Sequence record: NC_048779.1
Direction: 5' to 3' (one strand)
DNA length: 64,000 nucleotides
Shown: positions 56,651-64,000 of the stretch, in pieces
Position numbering within the stretch: the first letter of the stretch is position 1
Layout of the letters: each line of letters opens with the position of its first letter
The notes under the pieces: generated by a model
What the model was told of the DNA's origin: nothing
The model's input: only the letters and a program-made list of their open reading frames with translations
The model's database searches: none
Translations under genes and position numbers: made by a program

Positions 56651-56662
56651 ATAATATTTAAA

Positions 56663-58099
56663 TTACTTTTTCTTAGGTGGGCGACCGGTTGCCGTTGATT
56701 CACCTGTTGCTAGGCGGAAGATTTGCATCGCTGTGATAGTTGGTTTGTCGATGTCTGGGTTAGTGTGCCAGAAATCCACCGAGTCCAATAATTCATCCCA
56801 ATCGAAACCTTTCTCTTTAATTGATTTGTAGATTTCTTCTGGTGTCATGCGGTACTGGTCTGGAAGACGCAACCATTGACGTTGCATGACCATGATGTGA
56901 TACATCATAGTGATAGCACGGTAGAACTTATGGTTCTTGGCGATAACACTACGCACCGTAGTACGACCTACTTTAACGCCCGGTAAGAATGTACACTCAT
57001 GAGATACCTTAGAACCATCCAGACCAAAGTAACCGTTAGTCTTTAACGCATGGTACATAGACAGACCTTCTTGAATACCGTCTGACTGAGAACCGATGAA
57101 CGTACCGCTGATACCAGAAGACCCACCTTTGTTACGGAACATAGTGTAAGCGTAAGATAACAAGTCTGGGTTTTCACGAGCATCTGCATCGATGATTACG
57201 TCACGACCTAACGGGTTAGGGTACATCCATTGTTGGTCTGACTTGAGGGCTGAACCACGAATGATTTCATAACCTTGCGCAGGTAACTGTAAGATGGCTT
57301 TAGGACACTTAGCAATCTTCTTGCCTTGACGGATAAAGGTTGATTGTTTTTCTTGAGGTTTGCCGTCCATGTTGATGACGTCTGTAGTTTGACCGACCCA
57401 CCAAAGCTTAAGACCGGCGACTCCACCCAAGTGGTGTGCATCTTCGAACACAATGCGTTTTAAGTTACCAAATTCCATATCACGAGTGCGCTTCTTACCG
57501 CCCTCGTCCACATCACCTTCTTGGAACTTAACCGACGCTTCATTAAAACGAAGCTCACCTAATGAGTCAGTAATGACCATGATAGGAATGTAGATGGAAA
57601 TTAGTTTACCTGACTTATCATAGAACGGAGTTTCAATGTAACGGGACTTGTCACCTTTAGACTCTTGGAATTCTTTGTAAGCTTCTTTGATAAGATTGTG
57701 TAACTGAGTGCCGTCGTACCCATCATTAGAACTTAGGTAGATGAAACGTTTATTTAGGATTTCACGGCTAAAGTAACCCGGTTCACCAAAGCGTGCATCC
57801 ACGGCTTCTGATAAACGACCGATGTCTAGGGTAGCTTCGGTATCACCGTAAATGATAATACCTTGTGGGATGCGTTCTAGGAAGCTTAAACAGCTTAAGA
57901 TCAACATACCTGTTTTCTGGGTATTCGAACCACCCGCAATGGCGTTGTTTGGTGTCACACCACCGTTACAATAAGCAAGGTCATCTTTACCAATAAAGAA
58001 ACGACCGTTGTTAATGTCGTAGATAGGAGAAAAGTTCAAGCCAATTTGAATCGATTCTGAGGATTCGATTTTTTTGACGAAATTAAAAGCGGCGGACAT
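56663..58099 (-). CDS. uvsX: UvsX/RecA-family recombinase (phiKZ gp152-like), 478 aa
   Basis: Walker A GGSNTQKT, YGDTE, Walker B IMVITDS; GAGG SD. Confidence 0.85.
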   Translation of the reverse strand: MSAAFNFVKKIESSESIQIGLNFSPIYDINNGRFFIGKDDLAYCNGGVTPNNAIAGGSNTQKTGMLILSCLSFLERIPQGIIIYGDTEATLDIGRLSEAVDARFGEPGYFSREILNKRFIYLSSNDGYDGTQLHNLIKEAYKEFQESKGDKSRYIETPFYDKSGKLISIYIPIMVITDSLGELRFNEASVKFQEGDVDEGGKKRTRDMEFGNLKRIVFEDAHHLGGVAGLKLWWVGQTTDVINMDGKPQEKQSTFIRQGKKIAKCPKAILQLPAQGYEIIRGSALKSDQQWMYPNPLGRDVIIDADARENPDLLSYAYTMFRNKGGSSGISGTFIGSQSDGIQEGLSMYHALKTNGYFGLDGSKVSHECTFLPGVKVGRTTVRSVIAKNHKFYRAITMMYHIMVMQRQWLRLPDQYRMTPEEIYKSIKEKGFDWDELLDSVDFWHTNPDIDKPTITAMQIFRLATGESTATGRPPKKK

Positions 58100-58155
58100 A
58101 TGTACCTCTGTTTTTGAATTTTATGTTAGTTAACCTATATAAAGGCATTACAGTC

Positions 58156-58965
58156 ATGGAAAATTATTACTTGGAACGTCTACGCTCAAATGGTGCGGTG
58201 GACGGAAATGAAGCATTCGGACTCCCTAAGTTTTTAACACCTATTGAAGGATTCCGATTACGTATTAACAGTCTGTCTTTGGAATTGGATCGAAAGATCT
58301 CAGGCATGTCTGGTTCCATCCACACCGTGGACTATAAACGTGCACAAGCCAAAGCTAATAAATTGAGCTACCTATCTAAAGTGGATAAGCAAATGGGCGT
58401 GCCGGTTCACTTTAATGAACGTACAATGACGTGGGATGAGTACGTTAAAAATTGTCTGGCTGGCGTTTCCTTAATGGACGGGTTTAAAACCGACTCAGTG
58501 AAATTCTACGGTTGGTTAAAAGAAATCGCAGCCAAAGGTAAGGTTGGAACAACTTATCGTCATACGATCTCTGGTACTTCACAACATATTAATGAAGTCG
58601 ATAAGTTTATTAAGTCTTTGGGTGACCCTAAGAGAACTCAACAAGTATCACTGGAAACTTTATATCCGTCGTTCGGTAGCATGTTTGCACTTATTAATGA
58701 CTTTAACCTTCGTGTGAAAATGATTAAAGCTCGTGATGCAGAGATCATCGCTCGTCAGTTGCAGTTAAACGCCGAAATTGCCGAAGTCGTATTAAGTCGA
58801 ATTTTGTCTAGTGATATCGTTTTAAGTGAACGTGAAATCAACCAATTCAAAGAAACCTTTGATGAGTTTGAACGTTACATGAACATCACTGGCGCAACCA
58901 TCGGTTTATTGAACGAACTATCAGCGGTCTTTAAAGGTCATTGTGACGCAGTTCAGAGCTGGTAA
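58156..58965 (+). CDS. Probable virion protein (phiKZ gp153 position), ~269 aa
   Basis: Track ORF from 58114; likely start MENYY at 58156; synteny between uvsX and RNase H-like gene. Confidence 0.55.
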   Translation: MENYYLERLRSNGAVDGNEAFGLPKFLTPIEGFRLRINSLSLELDRKISGMSGSIHTVDYKRAQAKANKLSYLSKVDKQMGVPVHFNERTMTWDEYVKNCLAGVSLMDGFKTDSVKFYGWLKEIAAKGKVGTTYRHTISGTSQHINEVDKFIKSLGDPKRTQQVSLETLYPSFGSMFALINDFNLRVKMIKARDAEIIARQLQLNAEIAEVVLSRILSSDIVLSEREINQFKETFDEFERYMNITGATIGLLNELSAVFKGHCDAVQSW

Positions 58966-58977
58966 ACAAAAAATAAG

Positions 58978-58999
58978 GAGGTAGGGAATTCCCTACCTC
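58978..58999. terminator. Bidirectional terminator
   Basis: gaggtaggg-aatt-ccctacctc with A tract on the left and T tract on the right. Confidence 0.8.
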
Positions 59000-59003
59000 A
59001 CTT

Positions 59004-60536
59004 TTATTTATTTTCACCCAATTCTTTTTTGTTTAATACTCGTACATTCGCAGAAGCAGACGTGAAGACATACACCCAATCAGAGGTTTCAATGATAGTA
59101 CGGTAGATCAAACAACGATCATTACTGTAGTCTAGGTTCAACCACACTTTTACTTCTGGGTCTGTGATGGAGTTAAAACAGTTGCGTTCAGGAACATCGT
59201 AGCCTACACTCAACATAATTGGAACTGGACACACCGCTTTAGGGTGTTTAGCTGTATGACGAATGACCGCTTCGTTGGATTTAAAATCAGGGTGTAACTT
59301 AACCTTGATCTCTTTCTTTTTGTTTTCTTCTTTTACGAAGAAACGATCAGTGATGTCAAAATACTCTTGGTATTCACCAAAGCAGTTGTTTTCATCACGA
59401 TTACGCCAACAACGGAAAGTTAAATCAATACGGTCCATCGACTCAACGATCATGAAAGACAAACCCGGTGGGTCGATGAGTTCGATCAACGTAGGGTCTT
59501 CTTTAGTACCTACCACAAAAGGCACGACTAAATCTTTACCTTTACGAACGCCCGGATAAGTGTCAATCAAACGAGCCACGCCTTTACTGGTTACATACTG
59601 CATGTTCCCAGTACACATTAACTCCCTAGGGTTCTCTGTACGTTGCTCTGTGAAGTTGTAGAGTTTATCGAAGTAAGGAATAGGTTCTTTAACAAACAAC
59701 GCGCTGTAGGTCACGTCAGGCGTTAATTTCCCATAGTAATGTTTACCTTTCTCGACCTTACCGAATTGGTAACGACGATGACCTTCGATTTCATCCCAGT
59801 AATCAGTACCTTTACCAGTACGGAAATACCAACGGTTACCGCTAATGATTTTCGGTAAGCCCGTTTCTGGGTTCTCGTACTCTTTAATCGGCGTACTGAT
59901 AACGTAACACTCTTGGTTGTCACCCCACAAAGTCATTACATCAGACAAACCGAGTTCTTCACCTAAACGTTTAGCACCAAGACCACCTTTAACAAACGCC
60001 ACACGCACATCCGTTGATTTGCTAGTCGGCATGTATGGGTTAAAGAAGTCTTGTAGAGCACGAACACGCTTAAAGAGTTCATCACTTAACTGACCTTTAC
60101 GACTTTCGGTCATTTCCATTAAGCGATAAAAGAACGGAGAATCTGGAATAAACAAAATACGAGTCCATTCCACATCGTATTCTTTTTCTTCTTTCTTCTC
60201 AACCACGATTTCTTTTGTTACCGAAGACACGTAGTTTTGAAGCTGCTCTAATAACGTCACCCAAGCTTCGGCTTCTTCCGCACAACTCGAAGAATAACCA
60301 GAAATGATGTCTTGTTGGTTCACAACAATACCTGAGGTAGTGGTAGAGCTCGTCCAATAACCCATCGTAGCTGGTACGTTTTTCTTTAATTGTTTCTTCC
60401 CTTCAACTTCCGGGTTGTATGTGTACCCGTGTAACGCCGCATGGAATAATTTCGTTTCCGGCTTGCGACGTGTTTTCTTGAAGGTGGTGGTTCCAACTCC
60501 AATGTAAACCACCATGTTCTTTTTCAATGTTGTCAT
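59004..60536 (-). CDS. RNase H-like protein (phiKZ gp155-like), catalytic residues degenerate, 510 aa
   Basis: HGY.Y, AE, DS, WYF, YG motifs and synteny; the first carboxylate motif reads YIGVG instead of YTDG. Confidence 0.7.
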   Translation of the reverse strand: MTTLKKNMVVYIGVGTTTFKKTRRKPETKLFHAALHGYTYNPEVEGKKQLKKNVPATMGYWTSSTTTSGIVVNQQDIISGYSSSCAEEAEAWVTLLEQLQNYVSSVTKEIVVEKKEEKEYDVEWTRILFIPDSPFFYRLMEMTESRKGQLSDELFKRVRALQDFFNPYMPTSKSTDVRVAFVKGGLGAKRLGEELGLSDVMTLWGDNQECYVISTPIKEYENPETGLPKIISGNRWYFRTGKGTDYWDEIEGHRRYQFGKVEKGKHYYGKLTPDVTYSALFVKEPIPYFDKLYNFTEQRTENPRELMCTGNMQYVTSKGVARLIDTYPGVRKGKDLVVPFVVGTKEDPTLIELIDPPGLSFMIVESMDRIDLTFRCWRNRDENNCFGEYQEYFDITDRFFVKEENKKKEIKVKLHPDFKSNEAVIRHTAKHPKAVCPVPIMLSVGYDVPERNCFNSITDPEVKVWLNLDYSNDRCLIYRTIIETSDWVYVFTSASANVRVLNKKELGENK

Positions 60537-60593
60537 CTCGATACCACTAGTTTATATTGATAACCTATATATCTGCACCCGGGTGGAAATATA

Positions 60594-60621
60594 CCGGACT
60601 GCTCCCTAAGGAACAGCCCGG
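60594..60621 (-). terminator. Probable terminator hairpin
   Basis: 12-bp stem with two G.U pairs that form only on the minus strand; loop ctaa. Confidence 0.5.
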
Positions 60622-60628
60622 CATGTTA

Positions 60629-61069
60629 TTAAGGTTTCTCATTCTGAATAGAACACTGTTTAGACTCTATTAAACGTTTAAGCTGAATATTTTCTCGAGT
60701 TAACCTTTCATTATCTCTAGCCAATACTGCACGTTCTTTTAAAATCGCGATGTGTTCGTCCTGAATGGTCTCGAGGCGGGCGGTTAAACCTCGGTTAATG
60801 GTCACGAATGACTTTAACGGGTTGTCTTCCACCGCAAAGATTTGTTGGATAACCGCACTGGTTTCCTTCCATTCTTGCTTCTTTAACAACGTGTGGGTGT
60901 ATTGAATGCCTAGGCCAAACAACAACCACGTCACGATGGTAGAGTAGAAGATCGCCCACCGTAATACCACTCTTATCTTTTCTTCGTATGTCTCTCCTTG
61001 AACCTTTGGGACCACGGATTCTATGAAACGGTCCGCCAGTTCTTGTAGAACTATAAACATCGCTAACAC
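60629..61069 (-). CDS. Membrane-anchored coiled-coil protein, 146 aa
   Basis: TM WAIFYSTIVTWLLFGLGI; C-terminal heptad-rich segment. Confidence 0.6.
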   Translation of the reverse strand: MLAMFIVLQELADRFIESVVPKVQGETYEEKIRVVLRWAIFYSTIVTWLLFGLGIQYTHTLLKKQEWKETSAVIQQIFAVEDNPLKSFVTINRGLTARLETIQDEHIAILKERAVLARDNERLTRENIQLKRLIESKQCSIQNEKP

Positions 61070-61100
61070 ACCTTATTGTTTTTATTAGTGGGAAACTATT

Positions 61101-62429
61101 ATGCCTGTTAATTTCTTATCGTTCGGAAGTATTCCGGAACTCCATGATCGACACCCTTTGATGACGTCTCCTATCGGTGAACTTACCGGACAAGAGATGA
61201 CGTTTAGCAAAGACCCTAACTCCTACGTGGAGTCGAATGGTGTCTGTACTTTAATCAACTTCTATTCTAAAAATCTTGAAGGCGAAGAGGTCTATTTAGA
61301 CCAAGCGCTGATCGATCGTCAGAATGAAATCACCGTATGGTTATTAGACCAAGGTAAGAAAGGTAACTTGAACCAAAACGCTCAAGAATGCCTGCAACAG
61401 CTCCGAGCCACTTTCACAAAAGATATTGAAATTGTTAGCGTCGGTGAAATGGTAACGAACAGTGCGATTTACCTACCGTCTTATGTGGAAATGACATTCC
61501 CAACCACGGATCCGGTAACAGCACGTATTTGGTATGCAACGGGACACTTCGAATCCGGCTACCCTTACCGCGAGGTCCTAGTAGCGTTACCTCTACCTCC
61601 TGAACAAATGGATTACTTGCTCGTACACAGTCATCTAGACATAGAAGAACGTTTACGTCAAGAAACCGCTGAAAAAGTTCAGGAACGCGTTAACGAATTG
61701 ACAGTTGGTCAGAAGTACCCGTATACTGCGCGTAGACCAATAAAGTTTGAATTCATCGACACCACGAATGGTGTTTCTGTACCCATTTACTTTACCGTCA
61801 TCATTTATGGCAATGCCACTGACGCTGATGAGCAGATTTACGAAGCTATTAAAGAAGCCATCCTAGCAAGCTCGGATAGCAACGAAACAACTTGGGAACC
61901 CCACCTACCTGATTTGTTCAATCCACTAGAGTTTACTTGCATTCCATATTGGAACACGGTCGGTGTCACGAACGAGACTAAGAGAGCGTCGACGTACTCC
62001 CCTATCGGTGATTACGAAACCTTACTCGCCTTACCCACCAAGTATTGTCCTTCTGTTAATAACGAGGACCTCATAAAATCCTTACAAACTGTACCGTTCA
62101 TGTATAATAACACTTTGGTTTCTTTTGTCGCTAAACCAAATAACTACGGCGGTAAAGTGAAAATCAAACAAGTAGTCCCAGATTACCAGATCCTGAGTAC
62201 TATTGACGTGGACAACGGTCGTGTGGAACCTACAACGTTTGACTTCATTAAGCAAATGGAAACGCTATTATCGGCAGCCGAACAAGTGCGTCCGGATGGC
62301 ATTCCGCCTGCGGGCATTAAACGTTTGGAGCGTCATGGTTTCTTGTACGTAACCAAACGTATCGGTAAGGTTAACTACTTATGTCCGACCATGTGGCAGA
62401 TGGTAAAAGACGGGGTGATTGATGAGTAA
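61101..62429 (+). CDS. Virion structural protein (phiKZ gp157 region), 442 aa
   Basis: Long ORF; synteny downstream of RNase H-like gene. Confidence 0.6.
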   Translation: MPVNFLSFGSIPELHDRHPLMTSPIGELTGQEMTFSKDPNSYVESNGVCTLINFYSKNLEGEEVYLDQALIDRQNEITVWLLDQGKKGNLNQNAQECLQQLRATFTKDIEIVSVGEMVTNSAIYLPSYVEMTFPTTDPVTARIWYATGHFESGYPYREVLVALPLPPEQMDYLLVHSHLDIEERLRQETAEKVQERVNELTVGQKYPYTARRPIKFEFIDTTNGVSVPIYFTVIIYGNATDADEQIYEAIKEAILASSDSNETTWEPHLPDLFNPLEFTCIPYWNTVGVTNETKRASTYSPIGDYETLLALPTKYCPSVNNEDLIKSLQTVPFMYNNTLVSFVAKPNNYGGKVKIKQVVPDYQILSTIDVDNGRVEPTTFDFIKQMETLLSAAEQVRPDGIPPAGIKRLERHGFLYVTKRIGKVNYLCPTMWQMVKDGVIDE

Positions 62430-63057
62430 TGTGATTCCTCAAATTGGAGTCAGTGGTTCTTTTGTGGCGTTATCTCCGTTTGACCAAATATGCGACCCTA
62501 AGTACATGTATACGGTCGAAGCGATCCGAACGGTTGATGAACTTAACATCGCTAAGGTCAACACCTACTTATTAGTGGGTGAACCGGTCGGGATGTCTTC
62601 CAACGACACCAAGTCTTTGATGGAACAATTGGATAATGAAGACGGAGCGGTAATCACCTTAGTCGCCGCCGGTGCTCCTACGATCCACGTGCCTTCTACT
62701 TACTTTAAATCTTTCCCGTTGTTAGATGGAGTATTGTACGAACGTTTATGTTACATTGTCGATTTGGGTGCGGTTCCGCCATCTTTAAAAGACGAACTGA
62801 AAACTTTCCAAACTTATCTTAAAGATCAAACTTCGGCGATTACTGGTATTAGTGAACCTGAAGTTCACCTAGGAACGGTCCCGACTAAGTCCTACGTTTC
62901 TAGAGAGCAAAACGAAGTGTTTGAAAATACACGACGAGCAGCGATTACCAAAGACCCTTCTGACGCGGTCCGTGTTAAGCAGTTAGAAGAACAACAAGTC
63001 TTGGATCGTGCTTATATTGCTGTGTTAGAAGAACAACTTCGAAATCTTCAGAACTGA
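62422..63057 (+). CDS. Probable virion protein, ~211 aa
   Basis: Overlaps upstream stop; ends at terminator. Confidence 0.6.
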   Translation: MSNVIPQIGVSGSFVALSPFDQICDPKYMYTVEAIRTVDELNIAKVNTYLLVGEPVGMSSNDTKSLMEQLDNEDGAVITLVAAGAPTIHVPSTYFKSFPLLDGVLYERLCYIVDLGAVPPSLKDELKTFQTYLKDQTSAITGISEPEVHLGTVPTKSYVSREQNEVFENTRRAAITKDPSDAVRVKQLEEQQVLDRAYIAVLEEQLRNLQN

Positions 63058-63079
63058 AGAAAAAAAAACAGGTATAATA

Positions 63080-63110
63080 GTACTCTCCTCCCGATAAGGG
63101 AGGAGAGTAC
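63080..63110. terminator. Bidirectional terminator (CTCCT family)
   Basis: 13-bp stem gtactctcctccc-gataa-gggaggagagtac between convergent genes. Confidence 0.8.
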
Positions 63111-63117
63111 TTACCTA

Positions 63118-63447
63118 TTAATCACCGCTTGCCGGGTGGTAACTATAGTTGTTCTTATCTAGGACCTCAAGTAATTCAGGATAGTCCGGAACAAAAACAA
63201 TGATGCGTTCTCGTTGTTGTTCAACCAACTTGTTTAGGTGAGAAAGGAACACCTCGGGTCTAAGTTGTTCCATCACTACTACCGGGACACGATGGTCTCT
63301 GGTGTCCCCAATGTAAAGACTGGCTTCAGAATGAGTGTCGTATTCCATTTGACAATAAACGTAGTCTTGACGATTAAACGCTCGCACGTCTTTATAATCG
63401 TCAGGGTTTAGGTTATCGTAAATCCAAATGTTCAAGTTAGTAGACAT
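63118..63447 (-). CDS. Hypothetical protein, 109 aa
   Basis: Overlaps upstream ORF; ends at terminator. Confidence 0.65.
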   Translation of the reverse strand: MSTNLNIWIYDNLNPDDYKDVRAFNRQDYVYCQMEYDTHSEASLYIGDTRDHRVPVVVMEQLRPEVFLSHLNKLVEQQRERIIVFVPDYPELLEVLDKNNYSYHPASGD

Positions 63448-63976
63448 GATGTACCATACCTTTCTCGGTCATTAGTTTAGAGAGTCCGTTCCCACACTGA
63501 AGGTAAACGTTAGCTTTCTTCACTCGAGTCGAGATAAGTTTAAGCACTTCCATCAACTCTTCAATAGTGTTGATAGGTTCGATACTAACTAATACCGCGT
63601 CCACCGTGTCGTTTTCTTTCTCCGACTGCTGATACGTTAAACGCCCATTATCCATAAACACGCTCCCGATTCTGATGTGCTCTTGGAACTCTAACTCATC
63701 AACATCGTCCACTCGATAGAGACTTAACTTCTTAATATCTTTAAACACCGGACAAGGGATCAAGTTAACGTAGTAATTGTGTTCACGTAGGTGAGCAACA
63801 ACCTCCGGAGAGAAATTCCCGTAAACTTCAGCTCGGCGGAAGTCACGATCGATTTCCGTCAATTGAGTCAATGCTTCTTTAGGGTCTTTACAGACAGAGT
63901 TACTTAAATGAAAGAACGGTGTACCTACACCCGCCACTATAGTGATGGTAAGGAGGGTCTCTCCTTCATGACGCAT
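63437..63976 (-). CDS. Hypothetical protein, 179 aa
   Basis: GAGG SD. Confidence 0.65.
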   Translation of the reverse strand: MRHEGETLLTITIVAGVGTPFFHLSNSVCKDPKEALTQLTEIDRDFRRAEVYGNFSPEVVAHLREHNYYVNLIPCPVFKDIKKLSLYRVDDVDELEFQEHIRIGSVFMDNGRLTYQQSEKENDTVDAVLVSIEPINTIEELMEVLKLISTRVKKANVYLQCGNGLSKLMTEKGMVHHVY

Positions 63977-64000
63977 GATCTTACCTCGGCGGTAACCATC

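Noticed and set aside
58120-60575. taacctatata at 58131 and 60561 as additional promoters
   Set aside because: They resemble the early motif only partly (lacking the downstream AC or upstream TTTCA), and the second is in the wrong orientation for the RNase H-like gene.
60629-61069. Inner-membrane spanin assignment
   Set aside because: TM plus coiled coil fits, but I found no overlapping or adjacent lipoprotein (o-spanin) ORF, so it is left as hypothetical.
1-64000. tRNA/rRNA genes, CRISPR arrays, chimallin, PhuZ, terminase, major capsid
   Set aside because: Intergenic gaps are short and explained by terminators/promoters; none of these was recognisable in this window.

Overview
A 64-kb segment of a phiKZ-like (Chimalliviridae-type) jumbo myophage genome. 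Gene content and order resemble the EL/OBP/marine-Vibrio jumbo lineage, but host and exact taxon cannot be determined from the sequence. From left to right: (1) a >2440-aa Ig-like repeat protein running off the left edge (minus strand, absent from the ORF track), preceded by phiKZ gp26/gp27/gp28-like virion genes, with the gp26-like gene extended by about 1000 aa of the same Ig-like repeats; (2) divergent tail sheath and tail tube; (3) a ~12-kb minus-strand accessory/early region with membrane-anchored proteins, two Cys-His-Asp (transglutaminase/papain-like) paralogs, a Nudix hydrolase, a tandem B-A-B-A cassette of HslV/proteasome-like Ntn proteins, thyA and an HD hydrolase; (4) the conserved head/vRNAP block (prohead protease, endolysin, virion RNAP beta and beta' subunits) divergent from a 2326-aa tape-measure-like protein with a GH19 domain; (5) a vRNAP beta C-terminal subunit, UvsX/RecA, a degenerate RNase H-like protein and structural genes. 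A repeated early-promoter motif (CTATAT[A/T]A[C/T]) and a sequence-conserved hairpin terminator family are visible. Strongest hunt candidates: the duplicated catalytic + apparently non-catalytic proteasome-like pairs, and an Ig domain split exactly across the boundary between two giant virion proteins. phiKZ gp equivalences come from recalled motifs and synteny, not from a database search. No tRNA, rRNA, CRISPR array or mobile element was recognised.
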